Below, piece by piece: positions 11,426 to 24,159 of a stretch of DNA of 64,000 nucleotides (position 1 is its first letter; every line of letters begins with the position of its first letter). The notes under the pieces were generated by a model. The model saw nothing but the letters and a program-made list of their open reading frames with translations, did no database searches and had not been told where the DNA came from. A program made the position numbers and the translations under genes. The stretch comes from Octopus sinensis (taxonomy: Eukaryota), in contig NC_043000.1 in the NCBI RefSeq assembly GCF_006345805.1, forward strand, positions 92,752,001 to 92,816,000. Reading direction: 5' to 3'.

Positions 11426-12504
11426 TATACATGAGTAAATATATCTGTATAGACATATATATGTTTGCATATACATAAACACAACCCCCCCTCCCACTCA
11501 CATATATATATATAAATTTGTTTATTTTCTGTATGTATGTTTGTGTGTGTAAGTGTGCGTGTGTGGTGCATGTTTATATTCTCTAATCTTAATAAAATAA
11601 AATAAAAAGTTGGTTGAATAATAGTGGAGGAGGCACACCAAGTATTGATGGTCATGGGGAAGGTGGGGGCGTATGATGGGGGTGGGGGCAGGGGTGGTCA
11701 GACAAGATCGTGATAGTGGTTGGCTTAACTCGGTCTATGATGAAACTGATGGCAGAAATAACGGCGGCGATAGAGGGGGCCAGTGGTGGTGGTGCTGGTG
11801 GTGATTGTAGCACTGGTGGTGGTGCTGTGGGTGTATTTGCCGAGATGAAGGGATGGCAGTGGTGGCGGTGGTGGCGGCGGCGGCGATGGAGACAATGGGC
11901 TTGTTTTGTTAGGTTCTGAACACTTTGTAAAAGCAGAAAAACCTCACCAACAATGGCTTATGTTTCGTCAACTCGATTGATTGCAACTCTATAAATATCC
12001 CATGATTTGAGATAGTTTGAAGGAGTTTTGCTATTCATTATTGATGGCCAGAACCTCTTGGCACATTCAATTTACTAAACGCCAACTTTCACCTGCCGAC
12101 TGGATATTGGAAAATTCATCGAAATTTCCATTCGATTGTGTGCTACCTTTCTTGATAATAACAAGTCTCAGTCAAACCAGACTATTAGTACTACATTAGA
12201 CTGCTCTACCTGTGTGTGGTGTGGTGTGTTGGTCTGTGGGTGATGTTGGTGGTGATGGGGGAGGGGAGTTGACAAGATTATGGTAGAGGTGATGGTGGTG
12301 GTGGTGGCGTTGGGGTGGGGGTGATGGTGGTGGTGGCGGCGGCAGTGGTGCTTGCGGTGTTGGTGGTGGCGTTTGAGAGATGATTTAGCTTCTTTTTATA
12401 AACTAACTTTGACAGAACAATAGAAAGCAGGGGTTCTTCCTCAAGGCTGAGTTTTCTATGTTTATACATATATACATACATATATATGTACAGTGTATGT
12501 ATAG

Positions 12505-12572
<68 letters not shown>

Positions 12573-13170
12573 ATATATATATATATATACACATATACAC
12601 AGAAAGAGATAGATATACATATACATACCCATACATATATATACTTATATTTATACATATATATGTATGTATATATGCATATATATATGCTTATACATAT
12701 ATGTTATATATATATGTATATATGTATGTTTATATATATGCATGTGTACGTTATATACATATACATATATATACATATATATAGGTATGCATAAACATGT
12801 AAGCCTCTATGTATATGTGTACAGTGTGTGAGTGTGTGTATCTGTGTCTGCATGTATGTATGTATGTGTGTATGTATCTGTGCATATATAGATGGATAGA
12901 TAGATCGTTTAAATCGCTTCTATTAAAATACTTAGTAATCCAACATAAAAGAAAGGGATATACTCACAATTTTTTTTTTGTTTCCACACCTTTTGATATT
13001 TTATTATTTTTCTGTTATATTTATTTTATTTTCATGACATATTTACTTTTGCTTGGACAAGTGGTTAAAATAATAGATAAGTATTTTTTTCTAATTGAGA
13101 AGTATATGAAATGTAGAAGGACCATAGAAAGACAAATACTACAAAAACAAAAACAACAACAATAGTAATA

Positions 13171-13386
13171 ATCCTTTCGACTTAATGCACAAGGCCTGAA
13201 ATTTTGAGTGAAGGGACTAGTCGATTATGTCAACCTCAGTACTTGACTGGTACTTAATTTCTTGATCCCAAAAAGGTGAAAGCATAGTTGACCTCAGAGA
13301 AATTTGAACTCAGAGCATAAAGGCAGAGAAAAGGCTGCCAAGCATTTTGACTGACATGCTAAGAATTCTGCCAGCTCGCCACCTTA
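13171..13386 (-). mobile_element. SINE family B
   Basis: Reverse complement of aaggtggcgagctggcagaa..ctgagttcaaatt..ctttcacc..aagtaccagt, as in 47265-47477. Confidence 0.75.
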
Positions 13387-13419
13387 ATAATGATGATGAT
13401 GAGGATGATGACGATGATG

Positions 13420-13481
<62 letters not shown>

Positions 13482-13482
<1 letters not shown>

Positions 13483-13842
13483 TGGAACCTGGAGACTAAA
13501 GCAATACCTGTTGTCATAGGTGCCCTGGGAATGATAGCAAAAAGGGCTGATTGCTACCTAGCTCAGATACCAGGAGACCCCAAAATGGCAAAAATTCAAA
13601 AGATAGTGCTCATGGGAACTGCTCATATCTTACGCAAAATACTTTCTATGTAATCTCAAGTTTTAAAACAAACATAATTTTCTTATGGTTTTTTTAAACA
13701 TTCACTAGTACAACACTAAGTAGAAAGCCAAATATATGGCACCCTAGGAATAACACCAGCATCACCTTCCAACTTGTTGTCTCTTGAGGTCTCTGGGTGA
13801 GACTTGGAACCAACTTGTACAAATGTAAAGCAAAAGCCAAAC

Positions 13843-13844
<2 letters not shown>
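13482..13844 (+). mobile_element. 5'-truncated R4/Dong-type non-LTR element (family b), flanked by (AAT)n
   Basis: WNLETKAIPVVIGALGMI...IQKIVLMGTAHILRKILSM* is an RLE C-terminus; 3'UTR shared with 38287-39299. Confidence 0.8.
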
Positions 13845-13886
<42 letters not shown>

Positions 13887-14110
13887 TTAATAATAACTCT
13901 TTCTAATTTTGTCACAAGGCCAGCAGAAGAGAATTACATTGACCAAATACTCAACTGGTACTTATTTTATTAACCTGAATGGATGATTGTCCCAGCTGAC
14001 ATCTATGGAATTTCTGCCCCGAATAAAAAGCCAGGTAATACGTAACTAAGCATTTCATCCCATTTGATTACACTTCAACCATCTTTCCACCTTAATAATA
14101 GTAACGATCA

Positions 14111-14144
<34 letters not shown>

Positions 14145-14160
14145 GATAACAATAATGATG

Positions 14161-14213
<53 letters not shown>

Positions 14214-14321
14214 TGTTTCTGATTCAGGTGTAAGGCCAAGAATTTTGAGCATAGGTAGCTAGTCAATTATATTGACTTAAGTACTTCCCTGGTGCATTTT
14301 CTTATTGACCCTCAAGAGAAG

Positions 14322-14572
14322 CATTGTGATGCGAGTTACACCACCACCTTGTGAGAGATAGACTGGTCCAAGTAAAGTATAAATAGTAACAATCTGAGTG
14401 AGTTCACAGTTCGGAGTCAATTAAAGTTTGTGTTAGTTTGCAGTGAAGTCAGAAGGTGTCAGTTGGTTAGTTCACAAGGAATATTAATTGTTGGTTCATA
14501 AAGAGATTTGTCAATTCATTACATTGTTTTTTACTGGTTATCTTCTCTATTTTACATAACAATTACATTACA
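14322..14572 (+). repeat. 5' LTR
   Basis: Aligns with 17101-17353 (ccttgtgagagataga.tggtcc.agtaaagtataaatagta..tctgagtgagttca). Confidence 0.85.
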
Positions 14573-14645
14573 GCATCTAGTGACAAGGATTTTGAAGCTC
14601 ACATAGGTTATTTAACAATTTGTTCATGATACAACTTGTTAAATA

Positions 14646-16450
14646 ATGGAAGACCTATTTGCACCTATTTTCTGCCATTGTACAATTGCAAAAACAACAA
14701 CAAAAATAGCAACAGGAGTTGCAGAAGTAACTATTACAGCAACAACTACAACAACAACAATTATTAGAGCTATAATCAAAGAAGTCCAAAAGTTCGTTCT
14801 TGCCAGATGGCAATTTGAACTTGATTAATGAATTTAGTTATAACCTAGAGGAGGGTATAACTTTTACATCGTACTACAGAAGGCATGAAGAGATTTTCAA
14901 GAAAGATTGCAAATCATGGTCGGACAAACCAAAAGTGAAATTGCTATTGTGAAAATTAGTTCTGTTAGAGCATGAACGTTACTGTAATTTCATATTGCCC
15001 AAAAAATCCAATGAAATTTGTTTAAAAAAATTAATAGAATTACTGTCTAACATATTCGGAGATAGAACTTCTCTATTAACACTTGAATGGAGTGTTGGAA
15101 TATAATGAAAAAAGAGAATGATGATTTTATCACATGCACAGGAACAGTCAACAGGATGTGTGAAAGTTTTATACTCAAAGAGCTTATGTCTAAGATGTTC
15201 AAGTGTCTTATTTTCATACAAGGTTTTACAGCAAGCAAAGATACAGAAATTCAGGCAAGAATTCTTTCTAAATTGGAGCAAGTGAACCGAGATTTAACCT
15301 TACAGTCCATGGTAGAAGAATGTCAAAGGATGGTAAACCTGAAACATGATGCAGAAAAAGTCCAAGAAAAGGATTCCTTAAATATATATATATGCTTACT
15401 GGAAAAGTACAACCAAAAAAGGGGTACCACATCCTAATCCATATCATAGATGTGGGGGCATACATTTCAGAAAAGAATGACCATTTGAAAATCAAATATG
15501 TTACAGTTGCAAAAGAAATGGTCAGAAGAGTTCACACCACAGAACAAAATTACGAAGGTCAAATGTTAAAAATCCTAGAGTGCTTTCAGCAGAAAAAAAA
15601 TCAACTCCCAAATAAGAAAATTCGTACACGTAAAAATAAATCGAATACATATTAAACTTCAACTGGATGCTGAAAGTGATATTTCAATAATAAATATGGA
15701 CACATGGCAGAAAATAATGAAACCTATGTTGAGAAAAATAGCAAAATCTGCTCGAAGTATAGCAGGTAAGAAATTACATTTCATAGGCGAAATGTGGACT
15801 AATGTCACATTTCAAGGGAAAACAGCCAAGCAAAAGTGTTCGTCATTGAAAATGAAACTGATCTGCTTGGTACTGATTGATTAGAATTATTTGATTTATG
15901 GGACCACCCCGTATATCTCTATTGTAGAAACGTAAATGTTTGTTCCTCTAAAAGTAATTTGTCTGAAGAGTTAAAGAGAAAATTTCTTTTTAAATGTTTC
16001 TGCAAGTACTCTCAGATAAACAAGGTCTATGCACAAAGACTGAAAGCTCATGGACCAGGATACATATCGATTTCGATGGACCAGTGAATGGCACATACTA
16101 TCAAACTGTTATGGATAGCTATACAAAGTGACTAGAGGTATGCAGATGTAATATACCCACAGCAAAGACAACAATAAAGTTCCTACTTGAGTTATTTGCT
16201 TGATACAGTGTTCCAGATACGTTAGTTTCAGATAATGGAATACAATTCACAGGATATGAATCAAGAAATTTCTGCAAAATACTTGCCATAAAGCACACCT
16301 TTACCCCCATCCTACCACCTGAGGTCAAATGGGCAGGTAGAAAGATTTATTGACATGTTCAAAAGAGCTCTAAGAAACACTAGAAACGAGCTAGATAATG
16401 ACATGACACTAACGAAATCTTTGAGAGTATATAGAATAATGCAAAATCTA
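14646..16450 (+). pseudogene. gag (zinc knuckles) - protease - integrase core, with RT/RNase H missing
   Basis: RCGGIHFRKE*P..CYSCK (knuckles); LQLDAESDISII (protease); WTRIHIDFDGP...VSDNGIQF (rve); stops and frameshifts present. Confidence 0.75.
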
Positions 16451-17100
16451 ATTCAGGAAAGTCACCAGCAAAGTTAATGTCCACATCTAAAATAAAATTG
16501 ATCTTTGATAAATTATTGCCAGGAAAAAATACATATAAATGAACGACAAAAAATACATTTGAAGGAAATACAAAAAATATTACAAACCATTTTTAAGTAG
16601 GAAATAAAGTTCATTTTAAAAAATCACAAAAATGGCTAAGACGGTTGGGAGGATGGCTGTGTAATCAAAAGACTAGGTAACATAACGTATTTAATCGAAG
16701 GACAAGATTCGGAACAGAAGGGACATAGAGCAGAATGAATGAATACCAATGGAAGTCTTCTATTATACGTTTGAAGTGCCTGCACTGAGAGATATTGAAC
16801 TCCGTAGAAGTAGCTTCAGAAAAAAGAAAACAGGCTGAATATCTGGAAGTAATACCTAAACAAAAATGATATTAAACTTTCAAAAAACAAAAACAAAAAA
16901 AACACCAAACTGCTAACAAGAATGCTTAGCACAACGAAAAGAAAAGGTGCTGTGTACAACGAACACTTCTACCTTAAAAGTTGGGCAACAATTAAGATAC
17001 AACAGCTAAAGAAAAAAAAGAGTGAGAGGTGTTGGAAAAAATATAATAAAAATAAAAGAAATTCCACATTCTCACAGTAGTCAAAATCTCAAAGAGAAGA

Positions 17101-17353
17101 TGTTATGATGAGAGTAACGACACCCCTTGTGAGAGATAGATTGGTCCGAGTAAAGTATAAATAGTATGATCTGAGTGAGTTCAGAGTTTGGAGTTCAGTG
17201 GAGTTTGTGTTAGTTTGCAGTGAAGTCAGGTGTTGGTTGGTTAGTTCAATAGGAATATCAATTGTTGGTTCATAAAAACATTTGATTGTTTGTTGCACAG
17301 TTTTTACTGTTGTCTGGTTATCTTATTTATTGTACATAATAAATTACATTACA
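17101..17353 (+). repeat. 3' LTR
   Basis: TGT...ACA; homologous to 14322-14572. Confidence 0.85.
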
Positions 17354-17709
17354 AGAAGAAAGACAGAATTTATATTCACAACTTAAATATAATTTAATTT
17401 CTTATTTAACATGCAAGGAGAAAAATGTAAGGCTGTATTTACATGGAAAGGGATTTATGTAGTATATGTGAGGTACCCATAAGTATGATATTTTGTAATT
17501 TGTTTTATTATTATTATTATTACTATTATTATTATTATTATTATTATTGTTATTATTATTATTATGATAATGATGATGATGAAGATGATGTAATATTAAT
17601 ATTTTCTAATATTACTAATACTACTAATACCACCACCACCACCACTACTACCACCACCACTACCACCACCACCACTACTACTACTAATAATAATAATAAT
17701 AATAATAAA

Positions 17710-18264
17710 TGCACTGATGCAGTACCAGGCAGTAGCTCTCGTGGCTTCTGATATTAACTGATTGGAAGTGTTATCATGTACATTGTTTTGTTTTGGTATA
17801 AAAGATGGGCTACTGTAAATATTCTGCTCAATACCACAGATTTGCTTGTCAGTTGTTTGACCTTAACCAGTAGAGAATGTCCTTTAGTGCCTGATAATAT
17901 GTGCATCTCTGATCATGAGCAGAGGTAGTGGGGAAGCATCATAGCCATGTGTTAAAGGGGGATTCTTTGGGGTTTGAATAATTCACCTCCGGAAACATGG
18001 GTGTTTTGTTCAACATCCTTAAACAACTCTTATTCAGGTATCTTAAGAGCAGGATGGGTTACTTGACCAGAAGAAAATTCTAACTGGGCCCCACCTGCAA
18101 GGTCATGTGCTGTTTATCTTGATATGAAATCACCATGTCGCACACATATGGTTGTGATGCATGTGTCTAGTGTACCCTTATCAGACGGGTAGTCATGATG
18201 GGTATACTGGGCTTCGTATATTTTACCCCGTGTCACTTTGATGGCATGCACTGCTTTCTCAGTC
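17710..18264 (+). mobile_element. 555-bp non-coding interspersed element ('E') embedded in (AAT)n
   Basis: Same length and termini as 37636-38190; partial copies at 35188 and 45192. Strand assigned from microsatellite polarity. Confidence 0.85.
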
Positions 18265-18310
18265 AATAATAATAATGATAATAATAATAATAATAATGAT
18301 AATGATTAAT

Positions 18311-18640
18311 AACAAGAGCACTCAGAGAGTGCAAACTTCTGCCAAGGTAACACTAACGTCCTCTCGACGATTAACCAGAGATGATTTTTAAAATGAGAAT
18401 ATCTTAAATAAACTTCACTGTTCTCACAAACAAGAATACTAAAAAGGAACCCTACCACTCTCAAAAATTAAGTAAAAGAACAGAAAAAATAATCCAGAAT
18501 CCTTGTCTGGTACCAGATTGATTCTAAAATATAATCAGCTCATGCCAGTCATAAGGACAAACATCCCTGAAAGTTTTATCCGAATCCATCCGGCGGTTCT
18601 TGAGATATTTTGTCCAAAGACAAATCTGCTTTCCATGCTA
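18311..18640 (-). mobile_element. HINE/DINE-1-like Helentron-associated element, truncated
   Basis: Homologous to 30225-30598; 3' stem-loop gcactc-aga-gagtgc. Confidence 0.65.
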
Positions 18641-18688
18641 AATAATAAAAATAATAATAATAACAATAACAACAACAACAACAACAAC

Positions 18689-18720
<32 letters not shown>

Positions 18721-18828
18721 TGATAATAATGATAATAATAATAATAATAATAATAATGATAATAATAATAATAATAATTATAATGATGATGATGATGAAT
18801 TTTTCTAATAATAATAATAATAATAATA

Positions 18829-19345
18829 GGAAGCAGCCTATTAGGTAGTATATGAGAACATCTGGAGACAATTGACCACAAAATTTCAACAGAGTACTTG
18901 TGAAGAGATTCCAGAGCAGTTCTGTGCATACACTAATCAATATGTTGCATATATGGCCTCCCTCATAAAGATAATTCGTGGGAATATAAACCACCACAAC
19001 TTGTCTAGAATACTGATGTCTCTCTCTTTTGCAGTTTCAGTGTCAAGACTTATCAGGAAATTCATGCTTACCAACTTAAAATCATTGTGAAATATCAGGT
19101 TATAAAGACGTGTTTTGACGGATCTTTGCAGTCCCAGGTGACAAAAACACACCTTTGAAAACATTCAAGAAATTGAGCAAATATGAGGACTTGGAGATAG
19201 AAACCAGAAGAATGTGGTTTATCAAACCAATGATATTAACTATTGTTATCAGAGCAAACAAATGTGTAAACCAAATTCTTAGCAGCCCCAAAAGAAGTGA
19301 ATCGCAAAAGATCATGCTTATGGATACTTTATGCATGATAACATA
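18829..19345 (+). mobile_element. degenerate R4/Dong-type fragment (family c)
   Basis: KTFKKLSKYEDLEIETRRMW (RLE motif); starts immediately after (AAT)n. Confidence 0.65.
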
Positions 19346-19866
19346 TAATTCACCATCATCAGACAAAATTTTAAATAAGTGATATTTTTTTTTATCGATC
19401 TGAACAAATTCAAATACTTGTCCAATTGATGTTGGATCCAGATCAATGTAAGAAATCTCACTGGTTTGAAATCTTACCCCTTTAAAATTTTACCTGATTA
19501 AGGTGGATTACATGTTATGATGTTATCTTCCATGAAAGCATTAATAAATTCTACAGAAACAGCAGTCAAGTATTCTAAATGCCACCTGCATTACTTTACA
19601 AATATGTATATATATATATTATTTCAACATGTTGAACTGTTAATTCCTACCCATATTTTTCCTCTCTCCTTTTATTCATTCTCTTTTTTTTTCATTCTGT
19701 CTCCTTTATTTTTCATTCTCTTTCCGTTTTTTCCCCCTCTTAATCCTTTATACCAAAGAGTATAGGCTTGAAACATAAAAGACTTTTCTATTCTTCCTAA
19801 GTATTAAACCAATACACCTGCTTGTTGTTCCTACGTGCATCTTCATCATTTATTTTCGGTAAATTT

Positions 19867-19909
<43 letters not shown>

Positions 19910-20002
19910 CAACAATTGAGGGCAAAATTAATTAATTATTAATCAATTTCACCAAGTGTTCAGTATGCAAAGGGACCATTCAAGGCGAATTCAAATTATT
20001 AC

Positions 20003-20474
20003 ATTATATAAAGGGCTTAGTAAAATAAATTACTTTGCCGCATACTGAACTCATTAGAAATAGCAGCTAAAAAACTTTTTTAAAGCTATTTCTAATACTT
20101 AAAGAAAATCTCTCTCATATATAGTGTTTGCTTAATTCAACTCACAAAAGTTGGGGGTAAGGACATCGAAAAATCAAATGCTAAGGTTATTTGAGAACGT
20201 ACGTTTCAAGATTAGTCAAAACAACACTTCTATCATCAGCTCAGAAATGATAGAAGTGTTGTTTTGACTAATCTTGAAACGTACGTTCTCAAATAACCTT
20301 AGCATTTGATTTTTCGATGTCCTTACCCCCAAACTTTTGTGAGTTGAATTAAGCAAACACTATATATGAGAGAGATTTTCTTTAAGTATTAGAAATAGCT
20401 TTAAAAAAGTTTTTTAGCTGCTATTTCTAATGAGTTCAGTATGCGGCAAAGTAATTTATTTTACTAAGCCCTTT

Positions 20475-20482
<8 letters not shown>
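20003..20482. repeat. near-perfect palindrome, ~234-bp arms, 10-nt spacer
   Basis: 20003-20236 versus 20247-20482; only two 1-bp homopolymer indels seen; followed by (TA)n. Confidence 0.97.
20192..20243 (-). ncRNA. type I hammerhead ribozyme motif spanning the palindrome centre
   Basis: Minus strand reads TGAG-CTGATGA-t-AGAAGT-gttgttttg-ACT(aa)TCT-t-GAAAC-gtac-GTT-CTCA. Core is intact, helix I is TGAG/CTCA, helix III is palindromic AACGTACGTT, and helix II is weak. Confidence 0.65.
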
Positions 20483-20524
<42 letters not shown>

Positions 20525-20596
20525 TATAAATTTGGAGTGAATACTTGATAAGTGTAAGCACCTGTATATGCCAGATAGTGGTAGAGGTGAGAGAGT

Positions 20597-20790
20597 ATAT
20601 ATCAAATATAACTTAAAAACAGAGCACAAAAGATATCGTGGTACACGTGTTTCAAGCTTTATAAACAATCGGTTATTACATCAGTGTATTATTGATATAA
20701 TATTGATGTAATAACGGATTGTTTATAAAGCTTGAAACACATGTACTGCAATATCTTTTGTGTTCTGTTTTTAATTTATATTTGATATAT
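20597..20790. repeat. decayed inverted repeat, 87-bp arms (7 mismatches), 20-nt spacer
   Basis: 20597-20683 versus 20704-20790; mismatches are mostly transitions, several at CpG. Confidence 0.9.
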
Positions 20791-21399
20791 ATATATATAT
20801 ATGAAGCAAGATGGAGAAGGACATACATAGATATAGCTGTTGATATACACCGTGGTTTCAATTGCTAGATTGGGTAGTGCACTATGTTCTTGAGCAAAGC
20901 ACTTCACATGTTCTGCGTTCACTTTGATATCTGATGTGTTGGAAACCATACATCTGTAAAAGTAATGTTGATTTGACAGAGTGTGTACACTAATGTGGAG
21001 CACAAACATTTGACCATTACAAGCAAATCATCTGTGCAGATTTTTCACCAAGAAACTGTGGGAACCTCATAAGTCATCTACTACAGCAGAAAAGTCGATG
21101 ATATATATGTGTGTGTATGTGTGTGTGTGTGTGTGTGTAGAGGTAGATGGAAGGGTGTCTCTATTTTTTTGCACAATAGTTGTAAACAAGCATCACCACC
21201 ACACTAGCAGTGTCATTTATTTCCAGTTTTCCATGAAATAGGGGTGGGGTGAGGGTGGAGGAATATCATTCAACTTGAAAAACTTAGAAACAATTAAATG
21301 CTGGCATCAGAAAGGGCATTCAGCCATAGAAAATCTGCCTGACTGAATTTTGAATGATTCATGCAAGGATGGAAAAGTGGATGTTAAAACGATGATAAG

Positions 21400-21450
21400 G
21401 ATGATGATGATGATGACAACGACGACAACGGCAATGAAGATGATGATGGA

Positions 21451-21539
<89 letters not shown>

Positions 21540-22020
21540 GATGGTGGTGATGATAATGATGACGGTAATGATGATGGTGGTGATGATAATGATGACAATG
21601 ATGATGAAGGTGTGGATGATGATGGAGATGATGAGGATAAAGATGATGATGATGCCAATGATGATGATAATGACAACAATGATGATGAAGGTGATGATGA
21701 TGATGGTATTGATGATGATGGAGATGATGAGAATAAAGATGATGAAGGTGTTGATGATAATAACGATGACAGCGACGATGAAGATGATAATGATGATAAA
21801 GATGATGATGATGATGATGACAAGGCTAGTGATGATGAAGACAATGATGTTGATAGTGATGATGATGATGGTAATGATGTTGAAGTGATGACAACCCTGG
21901 TAGTGGTGGTGGTGTTGTTGTTGTTGGTGGTGGTGGCAGCGGCAGCAGTGGCAGTGGCAGTGGTTGCGTTGGCTGTGGCAGCGTCTGTGGTGGTGACAAT
22001 GATGACGACAGTGATGATGA
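21400..22020. repeat. long imperfect (GAT)n/(GGT)n low-complexity tract
   Basis: Directly visible; it generates the spurious poly-M/D/S/H ORFs. Confidence 0.9.
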
Positions 22021-22709
22021 ATAATTTCATAAATAATTTGCTGAAATTCCCATTTTGCCAAGACAGCCATACTTAACAATAACAAACTTCTATGTCACTC
22101 CAAGATGGCACATCACTTATATTTCCTATTATATTTCACAAATGTATAGGTTTTCTAACCAAACAACAGCCAAACTTTTTTTTTAACAGAACATTTAGGA
22201 AGGAAAATTATATCGAAATATTGTAAGTAAAACACACAAAGAACAACAACACAAAAGCAGTTAAAAAGAGAGAAAAATAAATAAAAGCTAAAAAATTAAC
22301 TTCACTGAAGTGAGAAATATTTTTTTTTTTTCCAATTAAATTCCTTTTATCTTTTTACTAGGTATCTCCTTCAGGCAACTGCTATATTTGTCCTTCTATT
22401 TTTCTCTGTCCCTTTTGTTGTTTTTTTTCACTTTTGTTTCTATTTTTTTATTTATTTCATGTCTACCTTGTGTTCTCTCTCTCAGTTTGTCTGTCACTCT
22501 AATTTTCTGTCTGTCTCTCTTTCTTGCTCTCTCACTCTCTCTCTCTCGCTTTCTGTCTGTGGCTGTCTCAAGATTGTATTATATAGTTTGTGTAATCACT
22601 CTTCACAGCACTCCTTAATACATTGCAATCAATCACCTCCTCTCTTTCTTTCCACCAATTCCTACCTCTCTATCTTGTTACTTATACCTGTTATCTATCT
22701 ATCTGTCTG

Positions 22710-22784
<75 letters not shown>

Positions 22785-22891
22785 GTCTATTTATCTATCT
22801 ATCTACCTACCTATCTATCTATCTATCTATCTAATTAGTCTATCTTTATCTGTCTGATACTTTCTCTGTATATAGCAATATATATATATGT

Positions 22892-22949
<58 letters not shown>

Positions 22950-23116
22950 ATGTGAAGACATTGCCTCATCTTATAATTGTTATTAATTCAAAAATGCATA
23001 CATAATCTATAAATATTACTCTACACACATTCTCATTAAAGAATGTTAACACAAATATGATATGTACATGTGTGTGTGTGTGTGCATGCGTGTTTATGTG
23101 TTTGTGTGCGTGTGTG

Positions 23117-23153
<37 letters not shown>

Positions 23154-24159
23154 GAAAGAGTGTGTGTGTATGAATGTTCACATACTTATGATGCCTTGAT
23201 TTTTCTGTATAACTCGTCTTGTGAGAAAGATGTTCACTTAGTCAGCAGTAACTTGTATATCTAAAATAATAATTAGTAAGAAAATAGTAACACTAATACT
23301 GAACATTTTTTTATATTGGCCACAATATTGTCCTTGTTAAAATGATATTTGGAATATATTCAATGTAAAATTTTAATGGAAAACAAGCTATTTATATCAC
23401 AGAACCAGATGCAGTTTTGGATGAGATGGTATTCCTAATGACCTCTTCTCCATGTTAAAAAAAAATTGAGGAAGGAGCTAGCAGTCACTTCTCAGAGAAG
23501 AACTGATATGGTGCTAGAGCTGTCCAAGAATGGATCACTATACAGTACAGTCCTGAAGAGGAATGAAGATAAAGAGCATTAACAATAACTCATGTCAATT
23601 ATTTAGACATTTAATCAATGCTAATGTCATTATAATGTTGTTGTTCTTGTTATCAATATAAACAGTCTTTCATTTCTTACAAACAAACTCTTCATAATTT
23701 TTGTTTTTTTTTGGACATTCTATGTATGATGGCAAAAATGGCCCAGTGGAAAACAAAATGAAGCTTCTGGAACAAGATGTATTAGGTTCAAATTTTTGTA
23801 AAGATCGAATAGAATATAATAATAGTAAAGAATTTCTTACATTCTTTCTTTGAATCTTTTTAGTGCTATGTCAATGGCTATGTGGAATATGAGAGGATTT
23901 CAGTCACACCTTGTATGATTTTCTAAGACGACTAGCAGTATTCAAATTCCATACATTTTACAGTTTGACAAACCTTTCCAGATCAAATACATTGTATGCA
24001 CTGATGCAAAAACCAGGATGTAAGGTAAAAAAAAACAACAAAATAATGATAAAACTTTAGATACACGAACACTACAGTAGCATCAACCTAATTTCATTAG
24101 CGCCATATCAATCATTACGCAAAGTGCAAGAGGTTTATCTGTCACATATATATTCACAG

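Larger units (their letters stand above)
14322..17353 (+). mobile_element. Gypsy (Mag/K02A2.6-like) LTR retrotransposon, internally deleted and degenerate
   Basis: Two diverged ~250-bp LTRs ending ATTACA; 5-bp TSD agaag (14317-21 and 17354-58); PBS-like tagtgacaagga; purine tract aaagagaaga before the 3' LTR. Confidence 0.85.

Noticed and set aside
11913-11980. Possible terminal exon (SEHFVKAEKPHQQWLMFRQLD*) after ttgttttgttag
   Set aside because: No recognisable homology or supporting upstream exon.
17710-17770. HDV-like ribozyme at the 5' end of element E (ggc-tctcgtg-gct as P3/L3)
   Set aside because: No P1 partner found by eye.
21359-22085. Long ORFs of 126-233 aa (poly-S/H, poly-I, poly-M, poly-D)
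   Set aside because: Translations of a (GAT)n/(GGT)n tract that is open in several frames on both strands; no splice or domain evidence.
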